64,000 nt of DNA from a bacterium (GTDB lineage: Bacteria > UBA8248). Location: contig CBDBZU010000004.1 of the NCBI GenBank assembly GCA_965213625.1, positions 3,616,001-3,680,000 on the forward strand, written 5' to 3'. Below the pieces are notes generated by a model. That model was not told the origin of the DNA. It saw nothing but the letters and a program-made list of their open reading frames with translations, and made no database searches. How positions within the stretch are numbered: the first letter of the stretch is position 1; each line of letters begins with the position of its first letter. Below, piece after piece: positions 50,034 through 59,725 of the stretch. The position numbers and the translations under genes were made by a program.

Positions 50034-50477
50034 GGAGTGCATTTATACTATTGTATTTCAAGGGGTTACAGAATCAAAAGAAAGGCTATCCCAACACTTG
50101 CCCCAACACAATAACACCATAAGCAAAGCATTTTCCGGCCCTGTAAGGCCCTCGAAAAGGGAAAAAACACATGAATTGGAGAAAAAATAAAAAAAGTACG
50201 TCTCAGAATATATGGAAGACGATTTTCGTCCTCGTTGGTTGTGTCATTTTAACCGGATGCTCGATGGACGCGGGTGGCTTCCAACTGTTTTAAGTTAAGT
50301 AAATTGCCCGAAGAACATAAAACACTCTTTCCGGGGGTCTAAATCGGGGAGGAAGAAGTTACTAGCTCTCATCCTGCGCCAACGCAGCGAGTTTTTCAGG
50401 GGGCTCTTCACCGCTACCGGCCAGATAACCGGGTCATTTGGCCCGGTTCCTCTCATCTGCCTCCGCTCGATCCCCCC

Positions 50478-51599
50478 TCAAACGCCGCTTTTCGCTTTTT
50501 TGAGCGTCGCGACGTTCACCGGGTGCGCGTTGCGGCGGCGCTTGTCGACGCGGACGCCTAGGCGCGCGGCATCGGTGATACTCAGGCCCGCTTCCTGCAA
50601 TTCTTTCCGGCTGAACCCCTTGCCGGGCCGCCAGCTCCCACGGGCATCTCTTACGAGAGGGAGGAATCCGTTATCCGAGGGCTCTTCCGGCTGCTCCAGA
50701 GGCGCTTCGGCGGCTACCGGGCCAGCCTCGGGCGCGCGCTCCTCGGGGATTTCCGGCTCAAGAGCTGTCGCCTCCACGACACTTTCGGCTATCTCCAAGA
50801 CGGCTTCTTCGTTTTCGAGTGGTAGTTCTTCCTCATCCGGCGACTCTTCCGGCGAGGCTTCCAATTCAGCCTCGGTCAGCGTCTCGAGCTCGAGTCCATC
50901 TTCCTCATACGGCGCTGCATCACTCTGCGGCAACGGCTCATGCGGCGAGACATCCTTGACCGGCGCCGCTGGGGGTTCCTCGGCCCCCTGAACGATTTCG
51001 TCCATGGCTTCCGGATCACTCTCTTGAGGAGTTTCCGTCTCGGGCGGGGAAGTCTCAACAACGCTTTCGAGCTGGAGTTCTTCAACTTCCTGAACAGGAT
51101 CGTCCGCAGCTTCCGGATCGATCGCTTGAGAGATTCCCGGCGCGGGCGCAGACGCTTCCGCTACACTTTCCGCTGCGACTGAGGGTGCTCCATCATCTTG
51201 CTCAGACGTCTCCGCCTCACCCAGCGACGCTTCTGATTCCGTTTCGGTCAACGAATCGAGTTCGAGGCCATATTCCTCGAACGGAGCGGCTTCAAGAGAT
51301 GGTTCCGGCGCATCCGGCGTCTCATCCGAGACTGGCGCCGTCAACGATTCCATGGCGGGGGCAGGGTCGCTATCACCAGCGTCCGCTCCGTTTGCCGAAT
51401 CCATGCGAGGCGGCTCATCGGCAGCCAGCAGTTCCAATTCTTGATGAGAGTCATAGCCGCTGTCCTCCGTATCTCCCGCCGTATAAGGAACTCCCGGCTC
51501 GATGGCCGAAGGAGGCGGAATTTCGTAAGTTTCTTCTTCCGGCTCGGCAGAGGTGGAACCCTTGCGACGCGTTATACGGCTCAAAAAATTTTTCTTCAT
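50478..51599 (-). CDS. Acidic low-complexity protein with a C-terminal ribosomal protein eL13 (L13e)-like domain
   Basis: About 300 aa E/P/A-rich region, then RPGKGFSRKELQEAGLSITDAARLGVRVDKRRRNAHPVNVATLK. Confidence 0.8.
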   Translation of the reverse strand: MKKNFLSRITRRKGSTSAEPEEETYEIPPPSAIEPGVPYTAGDTEDSGYDSHQELELLAADEPPRMDSANGADAGDSDPAPAMESLTAPVSDETPDAPEPSLEAAPFEEYGLELDSLTETESEASLGEAETSEQDDGAPSVAAESVAEASAPAPGISQAIDPEAADDPVQEVEELQLESVVETSPPETETPQESDPEAMDEIVQGAEEPPAAPVKDVSPHEPLPQSDAAPYEEDGLELETLTEAELEASPEESPDEEELPLENEEAVLEIAESVVEATALEPEIPEERAPEAGPVAAEAPLEQPEEPSDNGFLPLVRDARGSWRPGKGFSRKELQEAGLSITDAARLGVRVDKRRRNAHPVNVATLKKAKSGV

Positions 51600-51790
51600 G
51601 TCGATACCACCCTCATTGAGTCAAAAACTCACCAGTGGATAAACTATCGTCGAGAAATTACAGGGGGCGGTAAAAGAGGAGAGAAAACTTATTGATTAAG
51701 ACTAGCGATAACAAATACTTGGTGTCAAGCCGCGCACGCAATTGGGTATGCTCAATGACTTCAAGTACGGGAAGGCCGAGTGAGGATATT

Positions 51791-52558
51791 CTATTCCTCG
51801 CCCACCTCACCCGCCAGTTCCTCGGCGGTTCGGATGATGAGTTCGATGTCCCTGTCCCGCGAGAGGCGGTGGCCGCCGTCCTTGACGAGGGTCAGGCGCA
51901 CGTCGTCACATTTCAAGACCTTCGTCAGTTTCAAGGAAACTTCCCAGGACACGGTCTCATCCGCCATTCCGTGGATGAGGCGCACCGGGCAGTTCACATC
52001 GATCTCGCCGCGCAGGAGCAGGTGATCGTCCCCTTCATCGAGCAGCCTTTTGGTGACGCGATACGGCTCCTCCCAGATGTTGGGCGCGTGCATGACGTAT
52101 CCGCGCTCGTCGAGTTCTCGCTTCAACTCTTCGGTGAGCCTGTGCTTCTTGAAACCATCCGTAAAATCTGGTCCCGACGCTATGCCCACCAGGCCCTTCA
52201 CGCGTTCGGGCCGGGCCAGTGCGGCGAGCAGCATCATCCACCCGCCCATGCTGGAACCCACGAGCACCTGAGGACCCTGAGCTACTTCGTCCAGTATCGT
52301 GAGGGCGTCCCCCGCCCATTCGCCGATGGTTCCGTCTTCGAATTTACCGGAAGATTCCCCGTGTCCGCCGTAATCGAAGCGAACGTAGGCGCGCCCGACC
52401 TTTCGGCAATGGGCTTCAAGCGCGCTCGCCTTCGTCCCGCTCATGTCCGAGCGGAAACCGCCCAGAAACATCAGGCCGGGCGATTCGCCCTCCAACCTGA
52501 AATAGGCGAGCGAAGCGCCGTTTTCCCTGTTCAGAAAACTCGTTGCTGAGTCGGGCAT
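51791..52558 (-). CDS. Alpha/beta hydrolase (ABHD10-like)
   Basis: GGFRSDM.GTKA, RFDYGGHGES, GSSMGGW, IHG..D, GGHRLS. Confidence 0.9.
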   Translation of the reverse strand: MPDSATSFLNRENGASLAYFRLEGESPGLMFLGGFRSDMSGTKASALEAHCRKVGRAYVRFDYGGHGESSGKFEDGTIGEWAGDALTILDEVAQGPQVLVGSSMGGWMMLLAALARPERVKGLVGIASGPDFTDGFKKHRLTEELKRELDERGYVMHAPNIWEEPYRVTKRLLDEGDDHLLLRGEIDVNCPVRLIHGMADETVSWEVSLKLTKVLKCDDVRLTLVKDGGHRLSRDRDIELIIRTAEELAGEVGEE

Positions 52559-52565
52559 TTTCGTT

Positions 52566-53099
52566 TCAGGATGAATTGTTGAGATGTTCGAGCAACTGCG
52601 CGGCGACGCCACGGACGGCAGCTTCCGACTCCTCGTCCACGCAGCGGCCGTCCTCATCGAAGACATTGTGGACGCTCCCGACCGAGGCCTGGCCGGGCAG
52701 AACCTCTCCGCCGATGTGGGTGAGAATTTGCCTCAGGTGCGCGAGGGCGTTGTCCGCGCTCGGTCCCATCGCCACTCCCAAAATGGCGACGGTCTTCCCC
52801 TCGAACGTGGAGGGATAGCCCAGATTGTCTATCGCCAACTTGAGCGTGCTGCTGATGCTCCCGTGATACTCGGGCGTCGCGATGAGGATGCCCGCCGCCT
52901 TCGTGACGAGTTGCTTTAGCATGTCGGGGTCTTTCGACTCGCTCGGCTGCCCGGGCAGGGGAAGATCGAGTTCGCCCAAGTGGACGCGGTTGATCTCAAA
53001 ATCGCCTTTCGCCAGCTCATCAAGCGCTAGGGCAAGGGCTTTATCGGTATTGTTTTGCGGCCTGCGGCTGCCGCCGAAGACGAGGATATAGGGGGTCAT
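52566..53099 (-). CDS. NADPH-dependent FMN reductase
   Basis: GSRR....T, ATPEYHGS....LK..ID. Confidence 0.9.
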   Translation of the reverse strand: MTPYILVFGGSRRPQNNTDKALALALDELAKGDFEINRVHLGELDLPLPGQPSESKDPDMLKQLVTKAAGILIATPEYHGSISSTLKLAIDNLGYPSTFEGKTVAILGVAMGPSADNALAHLRQILTHIGGEVLPGQASVGSVHNVFDEDGRCVDEESEAAVRGVAAQLLEHLNNSS

Positions 53100-53114
53100 T
53101 TCGTGCTTTTTCGA

Positions 53115-54221
53115 TTACGCTGCGACGCCGGCGGGTTCGGGCAGTACGACGGGATTGGTGTCCTTGAGAAGCGGCAGGACCTCCCTGCCGAAAATTTCCG
53201 CTTCTTCCTTGTGGGGCCACCCGTTCATGATGAAATGCCGCACGCCCGCGTCGTAATATTCGCGGATGACGCTCGCCACCATGTCCGGCGTGCCGACGAA
53301 CATCGTTCCCGCACCGCCGCGCACCTTGTTCACGCCCATCCAGATGGTATCGGTGAGCCAGAGATTTCCGCGCGAGCCCATCTCGTTGATGCGCATCTGG
53401 CCGGTCGATTCGGTGTTGTTCTTCATGTCGTTCCAGGTGCCCGTGTTCGAGATGTCACTCTTGTCGATGAGCGCCTCGGCGGCGCGCACCGCCTCCTTCT
53501 TCGTCTCGCGCACGCAGACCAGATGGCGAATTCCGTAGCTGAGCGGGCGCTCACGCTCGTATCTTTGAGACTCACGCCTGCCCTCCTCGATATCCTTCCC
53601 GACGATTTCGGGTTCTGCGGCGTACATGACGTGCACATCCCCATGCTCCCACGCCACGCGCTTGCCAGGGTCGGAGCTGCCCGCCAGGAAAACAGGGGGA
53701 TTCGGCTTCGTCACCCGCTCGGGGAAGATACCGGCGTTCTCGATCTCGAAGAATTTGCCCTTGTAGTCCAGCGGGCCGTCCGCGTTCCAGAGCTTTCGCA
53801 CCACGTCGAGGAACTCGCCCGTACGCGCGTAACGATCTTCGTGCGGCATGAAATCCCCGTACCTTTTCTGATCCACGGGCGTGCTACCCGTCACCACGTT
53901 CAGGGTGCAGCGCCCGCCTGTCAGGTAATCGAGGCTGTTCGCCTGTTGCGCAGCGTAGATTGGACCGGTGATTCCGGGCCGGAAGGCCACGAGGAACTTT
54001 ATCTTCTTCGTCCGGCTTGAGATCGCGCCAGCGGCCGTCCAGGCGTCGATGCAGTGCGTACCGCACGGGACGAGGATGTTGGCGAAGCCCGCCTCCTCGG
54101 CCGTCGCCGTCACTTCGGCGAGATAATCCAGGGTGGCGGGACGATCGGGCTTCTTCTGGTTCACCTGCGTCCCGTCTCCCGCCCTGTGGGAACAGAGCGC
54201 CCAAATGTATTCGGTGGACAT
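53115..54221 (-). CDS. LLM-class flavin-dependent monooxygenase (SsuD-like)
   Basis: AEEAGF, KFLVAFRPG, GGR..LNVVTG, RY.RT.EF, AGSS, VGTP; paired with the FMN reductase. Confidence 0.9.
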   Translation of the reverse strand: MSTEYIWALCSHRAGDGTQVNQKKPDRPATLDYLAEVTATAEEAGFANILVPCGTHCIDAWTAAGAISSRTKKIKFLVAFRPGITGPIYAAQQANSLDYLTGGRCTLNVVTGSTPVDQKRYGDFMPHEDRYARTGEFLDVVRKLWNADGPLDYKGKFFEIENAGIFPERVTKPNPPVFLAGSSDPGKRVAWEHGDVHVMYAAEPEIVGKDIEEGRRESQRYERERPLSYGIRHLVCVRETKKEAVRAAEALIDKSDISNTGTWNDMKNNTESTGQMRINEMGSRGNLWLTDTIWMGVNKVRGGAGTMFVGTPDMVASVIREYYDAGVRHFIMNGWPHKEEAEIFGREVLPLLKDTNPVVLPEPAGVAA

Positions 54222-54457
54222 CTCTCGTCTCCTAAGCGCCTACCTCACCAGCGTGACGCGCGCATCGGAAGAAGCCATAAAGTCTTATCCGGAACAAGGT
54301 CAACAAGATAAAGCCAACGACCTCATGGATCAAGCCCGCGAATCGGCTGCGAGGCGGGGCTGTTGAAAAAGCCCTTGTCGATCGGAATCCACCTCCACCA
54401 GCTCAGTTGCGAGTTTCGCACTTGAACGGTATTGCCAACCGAAAGAGAGAAGAGAAC

Positions 54458-54610
54458 CACTCCCCCCTTGAGGGGGAGTCAGTGAACTGAGGGCGTAAGC
54501 CCGAAAGTGAACTGGTGGGGGGTATAATTCGGAATGGCAATAAAACGCGTTTTACCCCCCACCGATTCAGCCTTCGCAAATATCGCTCGGCTTCATCGAC
54601 TCCCCCTCAA
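54458..54610. repeat. 163-bp palindromic repeat element, copy 1 (interrupted by the IS; remainder at 56131-56145)
   Basis: Near-identical to 60544-60706. Confidence 0.85.
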
Positions 54611-56130
54611 GGGGCTGTTGAAAAACCCCCGGCATTGTGATTGGGTGTAATGACACTATCTCGCCCGAGATGGGAGTTCCCTCGATGATAGGCAGCAAGA
54701 GGCGCGAGCAGATGGATTTGTTCGTGGCCGGTTCGCTGGATCGGCTGATCCCCGAGGATCACGTCCTGATGCGCGTGGACCGCGTACTGGATTTGAGTTG
54801 GCTTCGTGAGGAGGTGGCGGATTGCTATTGCGCGGACAATGGTCGACCGGGGATCGACCCGGAGGTGGCGCTCCGCTTGATGCTTGCGGGTATGTTGCTG
54901 GGCTACGTACACGACCGGCGTCTGCTTCGCGAGGCGCGTGCGCACCTGGCGATCCGGTGGTTCATCGGATACGGGTTGCACGAGGAGTTGCCGCATCATT
55001 CGAGCCTGACGCGGATTCGTCAGCGGTGGGGGGAGGCTCGGTTCAAGGAGATATTCCGCCGGACGGTGCAGGCTTGTCTGGAGGCGAATGTGGCGAAGGG
55101 GGAAGTGGTGCACGTGGACGCCTCGTTGATACGCGCGGACGTGAGCTGGGAGAGCCTGGCGGCGCACCACGCGGAGAAGGTGATTCAGGAGAATCCCGTC
55201 GATGATGAGGTCGGGAAGAAGGGAGGAGGCCGCGGTGGCGGGGGTCCGGTGAGCCGGACGGACCCGGACGCGCGGCTTGCGCGCAAGAGCGCGCGGGCGG
55301 GGTTCGAGCCGAGCTACAAGCAGCACGCGGCGGTGGACGATGAGCGGGGTGTTGTTCTCGACGTGTCGGTGACGGAGGGGACGCGGAACGAGCGTGAGAT
55401 GATGGCGTCCCATATAGAGGCGGTAAGCGAGTTGTCGGGCCGCGCGCCGGAGATGGTGACGGCGGATTCGGGCTACGCGTACTCGAAGGTTTATGGCGAA
55501 TTGGAGCGGCGGGGCGTGGAAGCGCTGATACCAGCGAAGAAGGAACCCAGCCAGAGCCGTGTTCCGCTGCAGTTGTTCCACTACGACGCGCGCAACGAGG
55601 TGGTGAAGTGTCCGGGAGGCAAGACGCTGCGCCCCCGGCAGGCGACGGAGCGGGGGCGCTCCTATGTATCGAAGACGCGGGATTGCGCGGGCTGCGCGCT
55701 CCGTGCGGATTGTCTGTCGAAGTCGCGCACGAGCAGGACGGTGTTGATTCCGCACGCGTATCCGGCGCTGTTGCGCGCGCGTCGGCGGCATGCGCGCTGG
55801 GGGGAGGAGGAGAAGCGTCTCTATGGCCGCCACCGTTGGCGCTCGGAGGGCTACCACGGCGAGGCGAAGAGCCGGCACGGACTGGGGCGGGCGGTGCGCC
55901 GGGGCCTTGCGAACATGCGGATCCAGTCCTACCTGACGGCGATAGCGGTGAACCTCAAGCGGCTGGCCGCCGCTTTTGCGGCGCGTATATTCGCCCTCTG
56001 GACGGCCTGTGCCGCCCGGAGACGCCGGCTGCGCGCACATGGCGCCCTCACGCGCCAATTGGGCTGCCTCCCCGCCGCCGCGTGAGCCGCCAAAACGCCC
56101 GCTTCCAACACCGGGTTTTTCAACAGACCC
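54611..56130 (+). mobile_element. IS1182-family insertion sequence
   Basis: Ends GGGGCTGTTGAAAAACCC / GGGTTTTTCAACAGACCC; CTCAA duplicated at 54606-54610 and 56131-56135; single transposase ORF. Confidence 0.88.
54685..56085 (+). CDS. IS1182-family DDE transposase
   Basis: IPEDH, GRPGIDPE, RWF.G, P.HSSLTR.R, VDAS, TDPDA, ADSGY, CP.GK, CAGC.LR..C, SEG..GEAK..HGL, NLKR. Confidence 0.92.
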   Translation: MIGSKRREQMDLFVAGSLDRLIPEDHVLMRVDRVLDLSWLREEVADCYCADNGRPGIDPEVALRLMLAGMLLGYVHDRRLLREARAHLAIRWFIGYGLHEELPHHSSLTRIRQRWGEARFKEIFRRTVQACLEANVAKGEVVHVDASLIRADVSWESLAAHHAEKVIQENPVDDEVGKKGGGRGGGGPVSRTDPDARLARKSARAGFEPSYKQHAAVDDERGVVLDVSVTEGTRNEREMMASHIEAVSELSGRAPEMVTADSGYAYSKVYGELERRGVEALIPAKKEPSQSRVPLQLFHYDARNEVVKCPGGKTLRPRQATERGRSYVSKTRDCAGCALRADCLSKSRTSRTVLIPHAYPALLRARRRHARWGEEEKRLYGRHRWRSEGYHGEAKSRHGLGRAVRRGLANMRIQSYLTAIAVNLKRLAAAFAARIFALWTACAARRRRLRAHGALTRQLGCLPAAA

Positions 56131-56219
56131 CTCAAGGGGGGAGTGGTTGGTTGGCGCTCTGCAGAGAAGGAGTAAAGTTACATCCTTCACTGATCGTCTC
56201 TAGACGTCGAATCATCTAA

Positions 56220-56810
56220 TCAGGGCGCTTTCTCCAGAACGACCGTATAGCGGCGCTCGCGCCTGCGCTCGACAATGACTTTGCGGCGCTCCATACCGTG
56301 CCCCGGCAGGCGCAGCCACATCGAATACTCGCCCGGAGTGAGGTCCGTCACCTCGATCGCCGAGGAAGCTTTGCCGTAATACCGGCTCCCGATGAAGACC
56401 TCCGCACCCGGCGGGTCCGAACGAACGACGAGGCGGCCTGCGCCGTCTTTCGTCAATTTGATCTCGATGGACATTTTCTTCGAACGCATGTCGACTTCGA
56501 CAACCTGCCCGACGTAGCCCGGGAACTCCGCCCGTATCGAATGGCGCCCGAAGTCCACGCCCTTGATCTCTACGGGTTTCAGGGAATAGGTCTCCCCGCG
56601 CGGGTTGCCGTTATATATGACGAAGGCGCCCTCGGGCTTGCTCGTCACGATGATCTCGCCCTTGCCGCTGAGCGTGGCTTCGGCGGCTTTTTTCCCCCGA
56701 GCGCACCCCGTACCCAAGACCAGGGCGCAAAACGTGAATAACATGATAATAGAATGGATATATCGATTCGGCGGCCACATTAAAGCAAAGAATCCGTATT
56801 GCATGCTCAT
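56220..56810 (-). CDS. PEGA-domain lipoprotein
   Basis: Two V.S.P.GA.V..G...G repeats; GTGC lipobox-like motif; start uncertain. Confidence 0.8.
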   Translation of the reverse strand: MSMQYGFFALMWPPNRYIHSIIMLFTFCALVLGTGCARGKKAAEATLSGKGEIIVTSKPEGAFVIYNGNPRGETYSLKPVEIKGVDFGRHSIRAEFPGYVGQVVEVDMRSKKMSIEIKLTKDGAGRLVVRSDPPGAEVFIGSRYYGKASSAIEVTDLTPGEYSMWLRLPGHGMERRKVIVERRRERRYTVVLEKAP

Positions 56811-56976
56811 CCCTCCTGTCGCGCGAGTACTGAGCCATTAAGCAATTTACCCTGTTTGGCGGATGAGGGAAAGCCGCCGTAAAAGATGACCCTGAGCGCG
56901 CTTGCCCATTCCCCGCCCATGAGGAATGATGCGAATGGATTCCACAAAACTTACACACAAGGGAGAAGATTCCAAG

Positions 56977-58671
56977 ATGCGAGGCCACCTGAGAGGACTG
57001 ACGAATTATGGCGATCCGGGCTTCAGCGTTTTCGCAAGAGGCGCTTACGCGCGGGGATTCGGCCTGACGAAAGAGGACCTGGATAAACCCATCATCGGCA
57101 TCGCCCAGACATGGAGCGAACTCAACCCGTGCCATCGCCATTTGAGGGAGATCGCCGAAGCCGTCAAGCGCGGTGTCTGGCAGACGGGCGGCCTGCCCCT
57201 GGAGTTTCCCACCATCTCCCTGGGCGAGATGTACATGAACCCCACGGCCATGTTCTTCAGGAACCTCCTCTCGATGGATACCGAGGAGATGATCAAGGGC
57301 CAGCCCATGGACGGCGTGGTGCTTCTCGGCGGCTGCGACAAGACCCTGCCCGCACAGCTCATGGGTGCGTCCAGCGCGGGGATTCCCGCCATCTGCGTGA
57401 CGGCGGGGCCGATGATCGGCGGACGATTCGAGGACAAGGTGCTGGGCGCGTGTTCTGATTGCCGCGGAACGTGGGCCGAATACCGGGCGGGCAACTACGA
57501 CGACGAGCGGCTCGAGGAAGTCCAAGGTTCGCTCTTTCCCTCCACGGGTACCTGCATGGTGATGGGCACGGCGAGCACCATGGCGTCCCTCACCGAGGCG
57601 ATGGGTATGATGCTCCCCGGCCTTGCGGCGGTTCCGGCGGTGAACTCGAACCGCATCCGCCTGGCGGAGTATAGCGGGCGGCGCATCGTCGACCTGATCG
57701 AGAAGGACATTACGCCCGAGAAGATCATCACGCGCGAGGCGTTCGAGAACGCCATCCGCGTGCTCATGGCCGTGGGCGGCTCGACGAACGCCGTCGTCCA
57801 TCTGCCGGCCATCGCCGGACGCCTGGGGATCGATCTTCCGCTCTCACTGTTCGATGAAATCTCGCGAACTACGCCCATGATCGGCAACATCCGCCCATCA
57901 GGGAAGAAATACCTGATGGAAGATCTCGCGGCGGCGGGCGGCATCCCCGTGGTGATGAAAGAACTCGAACCCCTGCTCCACGGGGACTGCCTGACGGTGA
58001 CGGGGGAGACCGTGACCGAGAACCTCAGACAAGTCCAAGGAGCGCAGCCCTGGCAGGACGTCATCTACACGCGGGAGAAACCAATTTCGGAAGAAGGCGG
58101 CCTCGTCATCGTGAAAGGCTCGCTCGCGCCCGACGGCGCCGTCATCAAGATTTCGGCTGCAAACTCCGATTTACTGACGCACACGGGGCCTGCGGTCGTA
58201 TTCTCATCCCAGCAGGACCTCGTCGAGCGGATCGACGACCCCGACCTCCCCGCGACGGCGGAGAGCGTATTCGTGCTTCAGAACACAGGCCCCATCGGCG
58301 CGCCCGGCTTCCCGGAGGCAGGCTCCATGCCCCTTCCCAAAAAACTGCTCGAAGCGGGCGTGCGCGACGTCGTCCGCGTCTCGGACGCGCGCATGAGCGG
58401 GACGGCGTCTGGAACCATCGTGCTGCACGTGGCGCCCGAAGCGGCGGCGGGAGGCCCCCTCGCCCTGGTCCGGGACGGCGACATGATTACCCTGGACGTT
58501 CCCAACCGAAAACTCGATCTGAACGTCCCGGAAGAAGAACTCGCACGTCGACGCACCGCGCTGGAGCCTGCGCCGCCTCATTACGACAGGGGCTACGGCA
58601 AGCTGTTTATCGAAAACGTGCTCCAGGCGCCCGATGGCTGTGATTTCGGTTTCCTGAAGAAGACGGAGTAA
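56977..58671 (+). CDS. IlvD/Edd-family dehydratase (sugar-acid dehydratase type)
   Basis: NPCH.HL, GCDKT.PA, GTCMVMGTASTM, GGSTNA, GP.GAPG.PE, SDARMSGT, LHVAPE. Confidence 0.92.
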   Translation: MRGHLRGLTNYGDPGFSVFARGAYARGFGLTKEDLDKPIIGIAQTWSELNPCHRHLREIAEAVKRGVWQTGGLPLEFPTISLGEMYMNPTAMFFRNLLSMDTEEMIKGQPMDGVVLLGGCDKTLPAQLMGASSAGIPAICVTAGPMIGGRFEDKVLGACSDCRGTWAEYRAGNYDDERLEEVQGSLFPSTGTCMVMGTASTMASLTEAMGMMLPGLAAVPAVNSNRIRLAEYSGRRIVDLIEKDITPEKIITREAFENAIRVLMAVGGSTNAVVHLPAIAGRLGIDLPLSLFDEISRTTPMIGNIRPSGKKYLMEDLAAAGGIPVVMKELEPLLHGDCLTVTGETVTENLRQVQGAQPWQDVIYTREKPISEEGGLVIVKGSLAPDGAVIKISAANSDLLTHTGPAVVFSSQQDLVERIDDPDLPATAESVFVLQNTGPIGAPGFPEAGSMPLPKKLLEAGVRDVVRVSDARMSGTASGTIVLHVAPEAAAGGPLALVRDGDMITLDVPNRKLDLNVPEEELARRRTALEPAPPHYDRGYGKLFIENVLQAPDGCDFGFLKKTE

Positions 58672-58675
58672 ACCC

Positions 58676-59722
58676 ATGCGCCGAGTCCGTGTCGTCGCAC
58701 GCATGCTGCCCTGCATCCGCGCATTGCGCGGCAGGCCCGTCTCGCCCGAAATCGAAGAACGCCTCGCCCGCGCGCTGGATGAGGAGAAGATAGAACTCAT
58801 CATCGAGCCCGACGCCAAAACGCGTATGGCGGCGATGGAAGAAGCGGATTTCTTTCTCTGCGAGAACGACCCGCTGCCCGAGGATTTCTACGCGCTCGCC
58901 AAGAAACTCAAGCTCATCCAGGCGGGCGGCTATTTTTTCGAAAAACTGCAAATCGAACGCGCCACGCAGGCGGGCGTGCCCGTGATGACCTTCCCGATGC
59001 CGATCACCGACTCGGTGGCGGACCACACCATGATGATGCTGTTGGCACTCACGAGAAACTTTGAGGAAACGACCCGCGCCTCCCGCGAGGGCTCGGACAA
59101 TCCCCCTTCCCCCCAGCGGCCGGACGGCAGCGCTTTCAACTGGACACAAACGCAGGGCATCGCCCCACTGCGCGGCATGCGGTTGGGCGTTCTGGGCATG
59201 GGCGACATCGGACGCGGCGTGTCCCTGCGCGCCCGCGCGTTCGGGATGGAAATTCTCTACTGGAACAGAACGCCGATGCCAGAATCCGTGAACGAGGCGC
59301 TCGGCGCGCGGCCCGTTGCGCAAGAGGAATTGTTCGAAAACGCGGATGCGCTGCTCGTCGGCGTCGCTCTGAACGAGGAGACACGCGGCATCATCGGCGA
59401 AAGCGTGATTCGAACACTCCCCAAGGGAGCATATCTGCTCAACATCGGGCGCGGGCCGCTGATCGATCAAGAAGCGATGTATCGCGCGCTCACAGACGGC
59501 CACCTGGGAGGCGCCGGGCTGGACGTATTCGACCCCGAACCGTTTCCGCCCGAACACCCTCTACTGCGTCTGCCCAACGTCATTCCCTCGCCTCACTGTG
59601 CGGGCGGTGACGATGTGAACATCGTCCGGGAAATCGAGATTTACTTCGAGAACATCCACCGCGCCCTGAACGGCGAAGCACCTCTGGGCGTCGTGAATGG
59701 CGTCCCCTGGCGGGGTCTATAG
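58676..59722 (+). CDS. D-isomer specific 2-hydroxyacid dehydrogenase
   Basis: SVADH, GMGDIG, NIGRG, GLDVF..EP, SPH.AG. Confidence 0.9.
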   Translation: MRRVRVVARMLPCIRALRGRPVSPEIEERLARALDEEKIELIIEPDAKTRMAAMEEADFFLCENDPLPEDFYALAKKLKLIQAGGYFFEKLQIERATQAGVPVMTFPMPITDSVADHTMMMLLALTRNFEETTRASREGSDNPPSPQRPDGSAFNWTQTQGIAPLRGMRLGVLGMGDIGRGVSLRARAFGMEILYWNRTPMPESVNEALGARPVAQEELFENADALLVGVALNEETRGIIGESVIRTLPKGAYLLNIGRGPLIDQEAMYRALTDGHLGGAGLDVFDPEPFPPEHPLLRLPNVIPSPHCAGGDDVNIVREIEIYFENIHRALNGEAPLGVVNGVPWRGL

Positions 59723-59725
59723 CCC

